In this document: one piece after another, positions 42,428 through 52,526 of the stretch
Numbering within the stretch: position 1 is the stretch's first letter
How the letters are laid out: each line of letters begins with the position of its first letter
Assembly (NCBI GenBank): GCA_036504155.1
Contig: DASXVQ010000068.1
Location: 57,463 to 121,462, forward strand
Origin: Myxococcales bacterium
GTDB lineage: Bacteria > Myxococcota > Myxococcia > Myxococcales > UBA5297
Reading direction: 5' to 3'
DNA: 64,000 nt
Position numbers and translations under genes: made by a program
Notes under the pieces: generated by a model
The model's input: only the letters and a program-made list of their open reading frames with translations
Database searches by the model: none
What the model was told of the DNA's origin: nothing

Positions 42428-44794
42428 TCAGCCTGAGCCCGAGCCCGAGCCCGAGCCCGCGGCCGCCCTGCGCCGCAGCGACAGCAGCAGCGCCGCCAGG
42501 AGGAGCCCGCCCACCAGGCTGCCGACCATCCCCGGAACCAGGCGGGGTGGCCGGTACTGGAGGAGGACGGGCCCGGCGCTGACGTCGGGCACGACCACGG
42601 CGAGGTGGCTGCCCGCTGAACGAACGAGCGCAAGCTCACGGTCCGCTTGGCGTGCGCTCCAGCCCACCAGGAACGCGGCGCGCACCACGGCGACGGCCCC
42701 TCCGGTGCCCGAGAGCTCGAGCCGGAAGTCGCTCGTCGAAGGCCGCTCGAGCCGGAGGATCTGGGCGTTGGCGCCGGTGGGTAGTCGAGGCTCGGCTCCC
42801 AGCCTTCCCAGCGGGTCGTCCAGTCCGCTCAGCGCCTGTGCCGAAGTGCTCGCGGAGACCGCCTGGAGCGCGGCGAATGAGCTCGGGACGAGCCGGGGCC
42901 CGCGCGCGATGGAGACCTCGGGGATCGGGTCGGGGAGCTCGCCGACGAAGGCGCCCGGGCCGACGTCGACGGGCGTCGTCCCAGCGAAGCGAACCGAGGA
43001 CACGATGTGCGTGCAGCCTGCCGCGCGCGCGGCGCCCAACGAGCCCTGCGACATCGCGCCGACCAGCTGCATCGTGGCCGTGCTCACCTGCGGGCTGTAG
43101 GCGATCGCTCCGACCAGGCCATCGCACGCTTGCTGGTCGGGGACTCCCCAGCGGCGGCGGAACAGGTACTGGGCGGCGTCCGGGGAGAGAGAGTCGGCCT
43201 GCTCCACGCCGTCGAGCCGCTCGTCCGAGCACCAGACCGGGCTGGGCGCGCCGGGCTTGGCCACGACCCGCGTCAGCGGCGAGCCCGCTCGAGCGAGCGG
43301 CGGTCCCAGCTGGTAGGCGCCGAGGGCAAAGAAGGCGAGGTCGACGGCCAGGAGCGCGGGGACCAAGGAACGCAACCGGCTGCGGCTCGCCAGCAGGGCC
43401 AAGGCTGCGGCGAGCGGCGTCAGCGCATGCGCCGTCGCCTGCGTGAGCATCTCGGATAGCGAGGGCAGGAACGCGGGGAGAGGGGCCGCTGCGCCGGACC
43501 GACCGCTGGCCAGGGCATCGAGCCAGCTCGCGCGGACGACGACGAAGGCCAAGCCTCCCGCGAGGGCCACGGCGAGCGGGAGTCCTGCGATCTGCAGGGC
43601 GCGCCGTGCGCGGCGGTCCCGCGCCGCGCGCTCGAGCATCACGCCTGCCGCCACCGTCCCCGCCAGGCTCGCGACCAGCAGGTACTTGGCCGGGTAGCGG
43701 AACCAGGCCACGACGGGCATCAGCTTCATCAAGACCGGCAGGACCGGCAGCGCGTCCCCGAGCGCCAGGACGAAGCCCGCGAAGCAGACGGCGGCCGCCA
43801 CGCGCAGGTCCCGCAGGCGCCAGGCGGCGAGGCTCGCCGCGACGAGCAGCGCTCCGAGGTAGGGCGTCGTGTTCCAGGTCCCGGCGCCGGGTCCGTGCAG
43901 GAGGATGTAGAGGTTGGCGGGCGCCTGCAGCGGCCGGAAGAGCGCGTTGGGGAGCAGCACGCCGAGCACGTCCGATGGCAGGAAGGCCCAGGCCAGCACT
44001 TCCTTGGCGGACAAGGCCGCGGCCCGCGAGGTCAGCGCCGACTCGGCGAGCATCGGAGCCCAGGCGACCAGGCAGAGCGCGAAGGACGCCGGCAGGCAAG
44101 CGGCCACGCGCGCCGCCCTGGCGCGGGCGGGGCGCCGGGACCAGGGCCGGGCTCGAGCGCACTCGAGCGCCACCAGGGCGCCGAGCACGAGGAACGACTG
44201 GGGATCGCCGCCGAGGAGAAGGCCGGCGAGCGCCGCCGCGAGCAGCGCGAGATCGATCCGGCGGCCGCGAGGGTGCAGCGCTCGGCGCGCGGCGGCCCAG
44301 CCCACGGGCAGCCAGGCGGCGGCGACCACGTAGTGCTGCCCGTGCTGGAGGAGGTTGACGGCCGTCCCCGAGAAGGCGAACGCGATGCCGACCGAGGCTG
44401 CGGCCAGCGGGCGGGCCCTGAAGGTCCGGGCCAGCCAGGCCGCGCCGGCGGCGGCCAGGGCGTAGTGGAGGGACGGGAAGAGGGCGACCGCCCAATCCTC
44501 CGGCAACCACACCACCAGCCAGCGCAGCGGATAGAAGAGCTGCGCGTCGGGCCGCGCCAGCAGCGCTCCGCCGTTGCCGAGGAGGGTCGAGAGGTAGAGC
44601 GAGGCTTCGCGGAGCGCGTGCCGTGTCGCGCAGGCCAAGCCCAGATCCACGCGGGCGAGGTCGAAGCCTTGGAGGAACAGGCCGCAGAGCGGCAGGGCGC
44701 CGAGGACGACGAGCAGCGTCCCTCCGGCCACGGCCGACGCCAGGAAGGTGGCTCGTGCGGCGACCGATCGGGAGCTCACGCGGGGTTCGGACAT
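42428..44794 (-). CDS. very large polytopic membrane protein (YfhO/GT-C-like) with C-terminal soluble domain, final TM and (Ser-Gly)4 tail
   Basis: 788 aa with more than 12 hydrophobic helices in the first roughly 500 aa. The C-terminus is ...LLLAALLLSLRRRAAAGSGSGSGSG, encoded by (GAGCCC)n at 42434-42457. Confidence 0.7.
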   Translation of the reverse strand: MSEPRVSSRSVAARATFLASAVAGGTLLVVLGALPLCGLFLQGFDLARVDLGLACATRHALREASLYLSTLLGNGGALLARPDAQLFYPLRWLVVWLPEDWAVALFPSLHYALAAAGAAWLARTFRARPLAAASVGIAFAFSGTAVNLLQHGQHYVVAAAWLPVGWAAARRALHPRGRRIDLALLAAALAGLLLGGDPQSFLVLGALVALECARARPWSRRPARARAARVAACLPASFALCLVAWAPMLAESALTSRAAALSAKEVLAWAFLPSDVLGVLLPNALFRPLQAPANLYILLHGPGAGTWNTTPYLGALLVAASLAAWRLRDLRVAAAVCFAGFVLALGDALPVLPVLMKLMPVVAWFRYPAKYLLVASLAGTVAAGVMLERAARDRRARRALQIAGLPLAVALAGGLAFVVVRASWLDALASGRSGAAAPLPAFLPSLSEMLTQATAHALTPLAAALALLASRSRLRSLVPALLAVDLAFFALGAYQLGPPLARAGSPLTRVVAKPGAPSPVWCSDERLDGVEQADSLSPDAAQYLFRRRWGVPDQQACDGLVGAIAYSPQVSTATMQLVGAMSQGSLGAARAAGCTHIVSSVRFAGTTPVDVGPGAFVGELPDPIPEVSIARGPRLVPSSFAALQAVSASTSAQALSGLDDPLGRLGAEPRLPTGANAQILRLERPSTSDFRLELSGTGGAVAVVRAAFLVGWSARQADRELALVRSAGSHLAVVVPDVSAGPVLLQYRPPRLVPGMVGSLVGGLLLAALLLSLRRRAAAGSGSGSGSG

Positions 44795-44831
44795 TCGGGA
44801 CGGGGAGACTACACGCCCGCGCGCGCCGGCG

Positions 44832-45800
44832 TCAGGTCAGCTCCATCACCCGCTCCTCGAGCTTGCGGCCCTTGGAGACGCTGGAGATCTTCGCGCCGCG
44901 CGCCAGCAGCAACTTGAGGACCTCGCCGATGACCGCCTCGGCCTCGTCCTTGCCCGGCGCGTAGGTGATGGCGAGCACGCGGCGGCCGGCGTCGAACTCG
45001 GCGGTCGCCACGCAGGGCAGGGCGCGCAGCTCGTCGATGGGAGGCGCGTCGCTCGCCAACGCGATGCGCACCTCGCCGATCGACCGGGTCAGCTCCGCCA
45101 TCGAGCCCTGGGCCACCACCTTGCCGTGGTCGAGGATGGCCGCGGCGTCGCACAGCTCCTCGAGCTCGGTCAGGTTGTGGCTGGAGATGACGATGGTGTG
45201 CCCGGACTTGCGCTGGTCGCGGATGAACTCGCGCAGGTGGAAGGCGCTCTTGGGGTCCAGGCCCGCGGTCGGCTCGTCGAGCAGCACCACCTCGGGGCTG
45301 CCCAGGAACGCCTGCGCCAGGCCGACGCGCTTGGCCATGCCGTGCGAGAGCGCCCCGCAGCGCACCCGCCACCACTGCGACAGCCCGACCCGCTCCAGGC
45401 CCTCCTGCGCGGCCTTGAGGGCGGTGGCCTTCGGCATGCCCAGGAGGCGACCGTAGAAGACCAGCGCGTCGCCGACGAGATCGTTGCCAGGCAGCATCGC
45501 GTCCTGCGGCAGCGCGCCCAGCCGGCCCTTGAGCGAGCCCAGGTCGCCGGCGCGGTGGCCCAGCACCCGCGCCGTGCCGGAGTCGGGCTTCAGGTAGCCG
45601 CAGACCATGGAGAAGGTGGTGGTCTTGCCCGCGCCGTTGGGGCCGATGAGGCCGTAGACCGCCCCGCGCTCGACGCGCAGGCTCACGGCGTTGACGGCGA
45701 CGAGCGGGCCGAAGGTCTTGGTCACGCCCGCGAGCTCGACCGCGGGCTCGAGTTCCTGGACGGAGGGGCCGGCCTGCGTGCCGGTCAGCGGGCTTTCCAT
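44832..45800 (-). CDS. ABC transporter ATP-binding protein (ABC-2 type, C-terminal accessory domain)
   Basis: GPNGAGKTT, LSHGMAKRVGLAQAF, VVLLDEPTAGLD, SSH. The start overlaps the permease stop (TGATG). Confidence 0.9.
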   Translation of the reverse strand: MESPLTGTQAGPSVQELEPAVELAGVTKTFGPLVAVNAVSLRVERGAVYGLIGPNGAGKTTTFSMVCGYLKPDSGTARVLGHRAGDLGSLKGRLGALPQDAMLPGNDLVGDALVFYGRLLGMPKATALKAAQEGLERVGLSQWWRVRCGALSHGMAKRVGLAQAFLGSPEVVLLDEPTAGLDPKSAFHLREFIRDQRKSGHTIVISSHNLTELEELCDAAAILDHGKVVAQGSMAELTRSIGEVRIALASDAPPIDELRALPCVATAEFDAGRRVLAITYAPGKDEAEAVIGEVLKLLLARGAKISSVSKGRKLEERVMELT

Positions 45801-46663
45801 CAGACGTCCCTCGTGCGCAGCGCCACGTAGGCGAGCGCCAGGAAGACCGCCGCGAAACCGCACAGCGCGCCGACCGAGCCCAGGACCGCCATCGTGTCCG
45901 CCTTGAAGAAGCCGTCCTGGTAGTGCGAGGGCAGGGCGTAGACGACCCAGCCGAACTTGTCGAGGTGCGCGAGCAGCGCCAGGACCCAGGTCAGGAAGAG
46001 GTAGGCGATGGCGGTGAGGAACGAGAAGATCGGCGTCCGGAACAGGCACGAACACAAGGTCGCCACCCCGACGTACGCGGTGGCGTAGACCAGGGTCAGC
46101 GCCCAGAAGCGGGCCATGGCCACGAAGCCCGCGCCCACCGGGAAGTCTTTGATGGACGCCGCGGCGTACCCGAAGATCCCCAGGTTCATGATCGCCGTCA
46201 GGCCCAGCAGCAAGGCGAGCTGGGCCAGCACCTTGCCGGCCAGCAGCGATCCCCGGCGGGAGCGCAGCGAGACGAAGCGGAAGGAGCGCGTCTGCAGCTC
46301 GCCGCTGACCTGGTCGAAGCCGATGAGCGCCGTCAGCAGCGGCAGGAAGAACAGGGCGAACCAGGCGAAGAAGATGACCACCAGCGGCATCGAGGCCAGG
46401 TACTTCAGCTGCTCGTCGTCCTTGCCGAAGATGGCCGAGAGCCCGCCGAGCTTCATCTGCATCAGCGCCTCGGGCGGGAGCTCCTGGCCCTTGAGCGCGT
46501 CGTTGAGCTTGTCCTGGATCGTCCGCGTCGCGGCGATGAAGACCAAGCCGGAGATGAGGGTCGCCAGGGCGTAGAGGATGAGCAGCACCAGGGTCTTGGC
46601 GCTGCGCAGGCTCCGTTTCATCTCGTGCTGGAAGACGATGAAGGTTTCGCGGAACGGGCTCAT
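45800..46663 (-). CDS. ABC-2 family transporter permease
   Basis: 287 aa with six hydrophobic helices and a large first extracytoplasmic loop. First gene of a permease-ATPase-giant membrane protein string. Confidence 0.8.
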   Translation of the reverse strand: MSPFRETFIVFQHEMKRSLRSAKTLVLLILYALATLISGLVFIAATRTIQDKLNDALKGQELPPEALMQMKLGGLSAIFGKDDEQLKYLASMPLVVIFFAWFALFFLPLLTALIGFDQVSGELQTRSFRFVSLRSRRGSLLAGKVLAQLALLLGLTAIMNLGIFGYAAASIKDFPVGAGFVAMARFWALTLVYATAYVGVATLCSCLFRTPIFSFLTAIAYLFLTWVLALLAHLDKFGWVVYALPSHYQDGFFKADTMAVLGSVGALCGFAAVFLALAYVALRTRDV

Positions 46664-46840
46664 GGGGAGGTCTCTTCTTGCCGCGCCGGCGACCGTGCCG
46701 GCCAGGCAGGGCGGCGGACGCTAACAGCCAGGGCAGGGGTGGTCAAACGCCCCGTCCAGGCGGGCGAGCGCCTGGTTTCTGGACAGACTGCAACAGGGCC
46801 GTAGCATGGGGTCGTCCTCCTTCGAACAGGGATCTCCCGC

Positions 46841-48310
46841 GTGGCCGACACCCCCGTCCCCCCTGCTCCCCGAATCTCTTCCATGCCCCGCTGGGTCCGC
46901 TGCGCGGTCGCGGCCCTCGTCGGCGCCCTGGGCCTGGTCGCCCTCGGCGCCGCCGGCAGCGCGTCCGAGATTTCGCCGGGGCCCGATGCCGCTGCCGCTG
47001 CCCCCGCCGGTCCGGATGCCGGCGTCCTGCAGGATGCCCAGGCCTCGTCCGGCTCGGCGCCGGCGCCGCTGCCGGCGGCAGAGGAGCCGGAGGCCGAAGC
47101 GGCGGCCGCCGAGCCGAACGGGGCCGAAGGGGAGGGCCAGGTCGCCGACTTCCCGGTCCCCCAGTTCTCGAGCCTGGCGCCGATCGCCAAGGACGTGGAC
47201 TTCCTGGCCCAGGCCGTCCTGCGCGACGGCAAGCTCGTGGTCGACCCGCCGCCTTCCGCCACCGCCGAGCAGAGCGTCCCGGTGCGCACGCTCACCGTCG
47301 ACCCGCGCTACCAGAAGGAGCTCACCGCGCTGCTCAAGAGCTATGCGGTGCCCTACGGCGCCATCGCCGCCGTCGAGCCCGCCAGCGGGCGCGTGCTCGC
47401 CCTGGCCGAGTACAGCCACGACGCGCCGCAGATGCGCGGCCTGCCGCTCAAGGCCGTCTACCCCGCGGCCTCGGTGTTCAAGATCGTCACCGGCTCGGCG
47501 CTGCTCGAGGCCGGCGTCTCCACCGAGGAGTCGGTCTGCTTCCACGGCGGCATGCACCGGCTCTCGCCGAGCCTGCTGCAGGACAGCAAGCGCGACTACC
47601 GCTGCGACACGCTCGCCCAGGCGCTGGGGCACAGCCTCAACGTCGTCTTCGCCAAGCTCGCCGACCGCAAGCTCGACGGGAAGGCGCTGCGCGCCGCCGC
47701 CGACAAGTTCGGCTTCAACGCGCCGCTCTCCTTCGACGAGCCGGTGGACGTCTCGGTCGCCCGCATCCCCGAGAGCGGCTTCGACTTCGCCAAGACGGCC
47801 GCCGGCTTCGGCGAGGTCTTCCTCTCCCCGCTGCACGGCGCGCTGCTCGCCGCCTCCATCGGCAACGGCGGCGTGATGATGTCGCCGGTGCTCTTCGAGG
47901 GGCAGAAGAGCGAGCCCAAGCGCGTCCTCGGGGCGGCCACCGCCAAGGCCGTCGGCGAGATGTGCGAGCTGACCGTGAGCGAGGGCACCGCCCGCCGCGC
48001 CTTCCGCGAGCGCGGCCGCCCGGCGCTCGGCCAGGTCAAGGCCGCCGGCAAGACCGGCTCGCTGCACGACAAGAAGCCCTTCCGCGACTTCACCTGGTTC
48101 GTCGGCTGGGCGCCCAAGGACCATCCGACCGTCGCGGTCGCCGCGGTGGTCGTCAATGGGCCGATGTGGCGCGTTCACGCCCCGTACCTGGGCCGCGAGG
48201 CGCTGCGCATGTACCTCGAGCCGCCGCCGGCTCCCAAGGCCAAGGCCGCCAAGCAGACCACCCGCTCCAAGCGGACCGCCTCCCGCGGCAGCCGCTACGC
48301 CGCCCGCTGA
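46841..48310 (+). CDS. penicillin-binding protein, transpeptidase domain (class B-like, short)
   Basis: SxxK (ASVFK), SxN (HSLN), KTG (GKTGS). N-terminal anchor [21 protein letters not shown] (alternative start ATG 46883). Ala/Pro/Glu-rich linker. Confidence 0.8.
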   Translation: MADTPVPPAPRISSMPRWVRCAVAALVGALGLVALGAAGSASEISPGPDAAAAAPAGPDAGVLQDAQASSGSAPAPLPAAEEPEAEAAAAEPNGAEGEGQVADFPVPQFSSLAPIAKDVDFLAQAVLRDGKLVVDPPPSATAEQSVPVRTLTVDPRYQKELTALLKSYAVPYGAIAAVEPASGRVLALAEYSHDAPQMRGLPLKAVYPAASVFKIVTGSALLEAGVSTEESVCFHGGMHRLSPSLLQDSKRDYRCDTLAQALGHSLNVVFAKLADRKLDGKALRAAADKFGFNAPLSFDEPVDVSVARIPESGFDFAKTAAGFGEVFLSPLHGALLAASIGNGGVMMSPVLFEGQKSEPKRVLGAATAKAVGEMCELTVSEGTARRAFRERGRPALGQVKAAGKTGSLHDKKPFRDFTWFVGWAPKDHPTVAVAAVVVNGPMWRVHAPYLGREALRMYLEPPPAPKAKAAKQTTRSKRTASRGSRYAAR

Positions 48311-48401
48311 AGCAGCACTGAAAAACGCAAGCGAGAGCGCCGGGTTGAGCTTTCAGGCCTGCCTTTCGACCCTCCGAGGTGGCCTTTGCCAGCCTCTCCG
48401 C

Positions 48402-48430
48402 TTGACAGCAGGCGGCCTCTCGTTCATAAA
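48402..48430 (+). promoter_or_regulatory. sigma70-type promoter candidate for the rpsP operon
   Basis: TTGACA (48402-48407), a 17-nt spacer, then CATAAA (48425-48430), about 44 nt upstream of the rpsP ATG. Confidence 0.5.
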
Positions 48431-48473
48431 CACCGCTCTTTTTGCGGTCTTAGCGTTGGAGGAAGGCAACACC

Positions 48474-48737
48474 ATGGCAGTGAAGATTCGCCTCGCCCGA
48501 GCGGGCGCCAAGAAGCATCCCTACTACCACGTCGTTGCGGCAGATTCGCGCAGCCCGCGGGACGGCAAGTTCATCGAGGCCATCGGGTCCTACGACCCGA
48601 CCAAGAAGCCTCACCTCCTCGAGCTCGACGATGCTCGGCTGACGCACTGGATCAAGTGCGGCGCGCAGCCGACCGACACGGTCGCGCAGCTGATCAAGGA
48701 GCACAAGAAGGCGCAGCCGGCCGCGGCCAAGGCTTAA
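48474..48737 (+). CDS. rpsP: 30S ribosomal protein S16
   Basis: [52 protein letters not shown]. Confidence 0.97.
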   Translation: MAVKIRLARAGAKKHPYYHVVAADSRSPRDGKFIEAIGSYDPTKKPHLLELDDARLTHWIKCGAQPTDTVAQLIKEHKKAQPAAAKA

Positions 48738-48745
48738 GGCCCGAG

Positions 48746-49294
48746 ATGGCAGGCGACTCGCAGCGGCTAGCGCGCGTGGGCAGGGTTTCCAAGGCCCACG
48801 GCATCCGCGGCGAGGTGATGGTGCGCCCGGACGATCCGGAGTCCACCACGCTGCTCTCCCAGAAGGCGGCCTTCCTGAAGGCGCCCGACCGGGAGGTCGA
48901 GCTCGTCCCCATCGAGTCGGTCCGAACCGCCCACGAAGCCTGGCTGGTCCGCTTCGAGGGCTGCGACGACCGCACGACGGCCGAGGCGTACGTGGGGCGC
49001 GAAGTCCTGCTGCCCCGCGAGAGCCTGCCCCAGCTGGATGAGGGCGAGTTCTACGCCGAGGACCTGGTGGGGTTGCAGGTCACGAGCACGTCCGGCGAGG
49101 TGCTGGGCAAGGTGGTGGAGGTCATCGACGCCGGAGGAGTCCCGGTGCTCGAGATCCAGGGCCAGCGGCGCTTCCAGGTGCCCCTGGCCGACACCTTCGT
49201 CAAGGCCATCGACCTGAAGGCCGGGGTGGTCCAGCTGGACCCTCCGGTCGAGGGCGACGAAGTCGAAGAGGAAAAGGAAGAGGGCGGAGGCTGA
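48746..49294 (+). CDS. rimM: ribosome maturation factor RimM
   Basis: [19 protein letters not shown]..., [19 protein letters not shown]. Acidic C-terminal tail. Confidence 0.9.
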   Translation: MAGDSQRLARVGRVSKAHGIRGEVMVRPDDPESTTLLSQKAAFLKAPDREVELVPIESVRTAHEAWLVRFEGCDDRTTAEAYVGREVLLPRESLPQLDEGEFYAEDLVGLQVTSTSGEVLGKVVEVIDAGGVPVLEIQGQRRFQVPLADTFVKAIDLKAGVVQLDPPVEGDEVEEEKEEGGG

Positions 49295-49304
49295 AGAGGA
49301 AATC

Positions 49305-50027
49305 GTGCTGTCCTTCGAGATCCTCACGCTCTTTCCTCGGATGGTCGAGGGCCCGCTGTCCGAGAGCATCCTCGGCAAGGCCCGCGAGAAGGGGCTGATC
49401 GACGTCACGGTCACCGACGTGCGCGACTTCGCCCAGGGCAAGCACCGGGTGACCGACGATTCGCCCTACGGTGGGGGCGCAGGGATGGTGATGAAGGCCG
49501 AGCCGCTGGTGGCAGCCGTCGAGGCGGCCAGGGCGCGGCGGCAGGGCGCGAGGGTGGTGCTGCTGGACCCCCGCGGCAGGACGCTGGACCAGACGGTCGT
49601 CCGCGAGCTGTACGGACGCACGAGCCTGGTGCTGGTGTGCGGCAGGTACGAGGGCGTCGACGAGCGGGTGCGGCGGTACGTGGACGAGGAGCTGTCGCTG
49701 GGCGACTTCATCCTCACGGGCGGCGAGCTCGCGGCGCTGACGGTGGTCGATGCGGTGTCCCGGTTGGAGCCGGGCGTGTTGGGGAACGAGGCATCCCCCG
49801 GGGACGAGAGCTTCGAGGCTGGGCTGCTCGAGTTCCCGCAGTACACGAGGCCGCCAGAGTTTCGGGGAGACAAGGTCCCCGATGTGTTGCTGTCGGGCGA
49901 CCATTCCAAGGTCGCGCGATGGCGCCGGGCGATGTCGCTGAGGACGACGCGGGACAGGCGACCGGACTTGTTTGCCAAGCACGCGTTGTCCGACGAAGAT
50001 TCCAGGCTCCTCGAGAGCCTCGACTGA
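49305..50027 (+). CDS. trmD: tRNA (guanine37-N1)-methyltransferase
   Basis: GTG start. [46 protein letters not shown]. Confidence 0.95.
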   Translation: MLSFEILTLFPRMVEGPLSESILGKAREKGLIDVTVTDVRDFAQGKHRVTDDSPYGGGAGMVMKAEPLVAAVEAARARRQGARVVLLDPRGRTLDQTVVRELYGRTSLVLVCGRYEGVDERVRRYVDEELSLGDFILTGGELAALTVVDAVSRLEPGVLGNEASPGDESFEAGLLEFPQYTRPPEFRGDKVPDVLLSGDHSKVARWRRAMSLRTTRDRRPDLFAKHALSDEDSRLLESLD

Positions 50028-50048
50028 GCGCTGTGGAAGGAGAATGCC

Positions 50049-50432
50049 ATGCAGAACAGGATCATGGACCTCGTTGAGAAGAAGCACCTGCGGACCGACG
50101 TGCCCTCCTTCCGCACGGGCGATGTGGTTCGCGTGCACTGGAAGATCCGCGAGGGTGGCAAGGAGCGGGTGCAGGCCTTCGAGGGCCTCGTCATTCGCAA
50201 GAACCGCAAGGGCAACCGCGCCACGTTCACCGTGCGCAAGGTCAGCTACGCGGTCGGCGTGGAGCGCATCTTCCCGATGCACTCCCCGCGCTACGAGAAG
50301 ATCGAGGTCGTGACGCCCGGTCGCGTGCGCCGCAGCCGCCTCTTCTACATCCGCGATCTGCAGGGCAAGGCCGCCCGCGTCGAGGCCGAGCGCGAGCAGC
50401 AGGAAGTCACGCCCGCTCCCGCCAAGAAGTAG
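50049..50432 (+). CDS. rplS: 50S ribosomal protein L19
   Basis: [29 protein letters not shown]..., [11 protein letters not shown]. Confidence 0.97.
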   Translation: MQNRIMDLVEKKHLRTDVPSFRTGDVVRVHWKIREGGKERVQAFEGLVIRKNRKGNRATFTVRKVSYAVGVERIFPMHSPRYEKIEVVTPGRVRRSRLFYIRDLQGKAARVEAEREQQEVTPAPAKK

Positions 50433-50455
50433 TTTCCTCCGCTTCGAGAGCTGTG

Positions 50456-50487
50456 CGGCGCGCCTCCGCTTTGGCGGGGGCGCGCCG
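50456..50487 (+). terminator. strong GC hairpin after rplS (terminator/attenuator candidate, no U-tract)
   Basis: CGGCGCGCCTCCGC-tttg-GCGGGGGCGCGCCG: a 14-bp stem with one G-U pair, 24 nt after the rplS stop. No T-run follows it. Confidence 0.45.
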
Positions 50488-50551
50488 TCGCATGCCTGAA
50501 GTCCGAAAGTGGATCTGGAATTTCCCCAGGCGATCTAGGACTATCTAGCCC

Positions 50552-52498
50552 ATGCTCCTGATCGAGCTGGCCACCCAGAACGTCAAGGGATTCTCGCCGA
50601 CCTCGCGGGCGGCGTTCAAACCCGGCTACAACGTCGTCGCGCCGCCTCCCGGGGTGCAGTCGGGCCTGTTGCCCATCCTCGAGGCGCTCTTCTACGGCGA
50701 CGGCACCGGCACCGACGCGGTGCTGGCCACCGGGCCCCAGGCCCGCGCCGGCCTGACCGCGCAGGGCACCGACGGGCGCATCTACCGCCTGGTGCGCGGC
50801 CTGGGCGGCGCCGGCGCGCTGCACCGGCTGGAGCCCAACAAGCAGTGGGCGGTGGTGGCGCAGGAGAACGCCGACATCGGCCGCCACCTGCGCCAGTCGA
50901 TGGGCGTGCCCACCCGCGAGGCGTTCCGCGCGGTCCTCACCTTCGACCCTCGCTCGCTGCCCTCGCGCCGCAAGGCTGCCGAGCACGAGCAGGAGCGCAT
51001 GCTGCGCCCCCTCGGCGGCCCCCCGGCCGGCAGCGGCCACGGCGGCCCCCCGGGCAGGACCACCAGCGGCGAGATGCGCGCCATCCGCTCCAACGCCCTG
51101 GTCGAGGCCGCCATGGCGGCCGCGAAGGCCTCGCCCGACCGGGCGCACAACGCCTCCGCCCTGCGCCAGGAGATCGAGGCGGGCAAGGCCCTGGAGGAGG
51201 TGCAGTACAAGCTCGAGGGGATGCGCCAGCGCCTCTACCAGCTGGACGAGATGGTCGCCAAGCTGCAGGCCTACAAGACCAAGTCCGAGGAGCTGAAGGC
51301 CGCGCTCAAGGGCACGCACTCGCTCGAGTCGCTGGGCCTGGACGTCGAGGCGCTCAAGGCCGCCGGCCGCTACGACGACGCGTTCAAGAAGCTCAAGGAC
51401 CAGCTCGGCAAGCTGGCGCAAGAGGAGGAGCTGGCCCTGGAGAAGTCGGGGGGCCACAAGGTGCAGCCGATCACCGCGGACCAGCACTTCCTGGCCAGCG
51501 CCGGCGCGGGCGTGCTCACCCTGGGCGGCGGCGTGGCGCTGATGAGCTCGGGCGTGGGCGCCATCGCGCTCCTGTCCATCCCCGCCTTCGGGTACGCCAG
51601 CCTGTGCCTCCTGCGGTGGATCGGCCGGCTACAGCAGGTGGACGCGCTCGGCCGCCGCCAGAGCGTCACCAAGGACCGCGAGCAGAAGCTGTACGGCGCC
51701 TTCGACGGCGAGTTCCTGCTCCTCAAGGGCGCGATGAAGGTGGTGGACGTCGAGAACGGCCGCGAGTTCATCGAGTACATGAAGGAGCGCCAGAAGAAGG
51801 CCGACGAGCTCTCCGCCATCGAGCAGCAGATCGCCGAGAAGACCGGCGGCAGCGACTTCGACGCCTCGCTCCGGGAGCAGGCGGACCTGTCGGCCCAGGC
51901 CAAGGAGCTCGAGGCCCAGGTGGCCGAGGCGGGCGCCGGCGTCAACCGTGACTGGCACGAGGCGGAGCGCGAGCTCGCCGAGATGGAGAGCGGCTCGGAG
52001 GCGCCCAAGGGGCTGGTGGCCGCCGGCGGCGGCAGCTTCGAGGAGAAGAAGGACCTCAAGCCCGACCCCATCCCGGCGCTGCTGGCCGCCTCCCAGGACC
52101 TCTTCGCCGGCGCCACGGTGCAGACCCTGGGCGCGGCGATGCGCGAGCGCGCCTCCCAGTACGTGCTGGCCCTGACCGATCGGCGCTACGTGGCGGTCGA
52201 GTTCGACGGCAAGGGCAACGCGACGCTCTCCGCGCCGGGCCGCTCGGTTCCCGCGGGCCAGCTCGAAGACCTGGACCTCGACATGCTCTACATCGCGGTC
52301 AAGCTGACGATCGTGGAGCGCTACGCGCCGCTGGGCAAGCCGGTGCTGATCATGGACGAGCCGTTCCTGGGCTTCGACGACCCCAAGCTCCAGCTGCTCT
52401 CGCGCATGCTCAAGCACATCGCCACCAACACCCAGGTGGTGCACGGCAGCGCGCTTCCGGCGCACCACGGGCTGGCCGACGCGCTGCACCAGGCCTGA
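50552..52498 (+). CDS. SMC/SbcC/YhaN-like coiled-coil protein with degenerate ATPase head and central membrane hairpin
   Basis: SMC-head-like N-terminus MLLIELATQNVKGF...PGYNVV, but the P-loop position reads APPPGVQSG. Long Glu/Lys/Leu/Ala heptad regions. Two central hydrophobic helices (encoded around 51480-51630). C-terminal Walker B/D-loop KPVLIMDEPFLGFDD. Confidence 0.75.
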   Translation: MLLIELATQNVKGFSPTSRAAFKPGYNVVAPPPGVQSGLLPILEALFYGDGTGTDAVLATGPQARAGLTAQGTDGRIYRLVRGLGGAGALHRLEPNKQWAVVAQENADIGRHLRQSMGVPTREAFRAVLTFDPRSLPSRRKAAEHEQERMLRPLGGPPAGSGHGGPPGRTTSGEMRAIRSNALVEAAMAAAKASPDRAHNASALRQEIEAGKALEEVQYKLEGMRQRLYQLDEMVAKLQAYKTKSEELKAALKGTHSLESLGLDVEALKAAGRYDDAFKKLKDQLGKLAQEEELALEKSGGHKVQPITADQHFLASAGAGVLTLGGGVALMSSGVGAIALLSIPAFGYASLCLLRWIGRLQQVDALGRRQSVTKDREQKLYGAFDGEFLLLKGAMKVVDVENGREFIEYMKERQKKADELSAIEQQIAEKTGGSDFDASLREQADLSAQAKELEAQVAEAGAGVNRDWHEAERELAEMESGSEAPKGLVAAGGGSFEEKKDLKPDPIPALLAASQDLFAGATVQTLGAAMRERASQYVLALTDRRYVAVEFDGKGNATLSAPGRSVPAGQLEDLDLDMLYIAVKLTIVERYAPLGKPVLIMDEPFLGFDDPKLQLLSRMLKHIATNTQVVHGSALPAHHGLADALHQA

Positions 52499-52526
52499 GC
52501 GACCGGCGGATTCCCCCTCGCGGCCT

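Noticed and set aside
40267-42639. 790-aa minus-strand ORF and the 624-aa ORF 42636..44510 (-)
   Set aside because: These are alternative frames of the patatin and giant-membrane-protein genes. Their Pro/Arg/Gly-rich products contrast with the motif-bearing frames (GGGxxG/GxSxG; TM helices) chosen instead.
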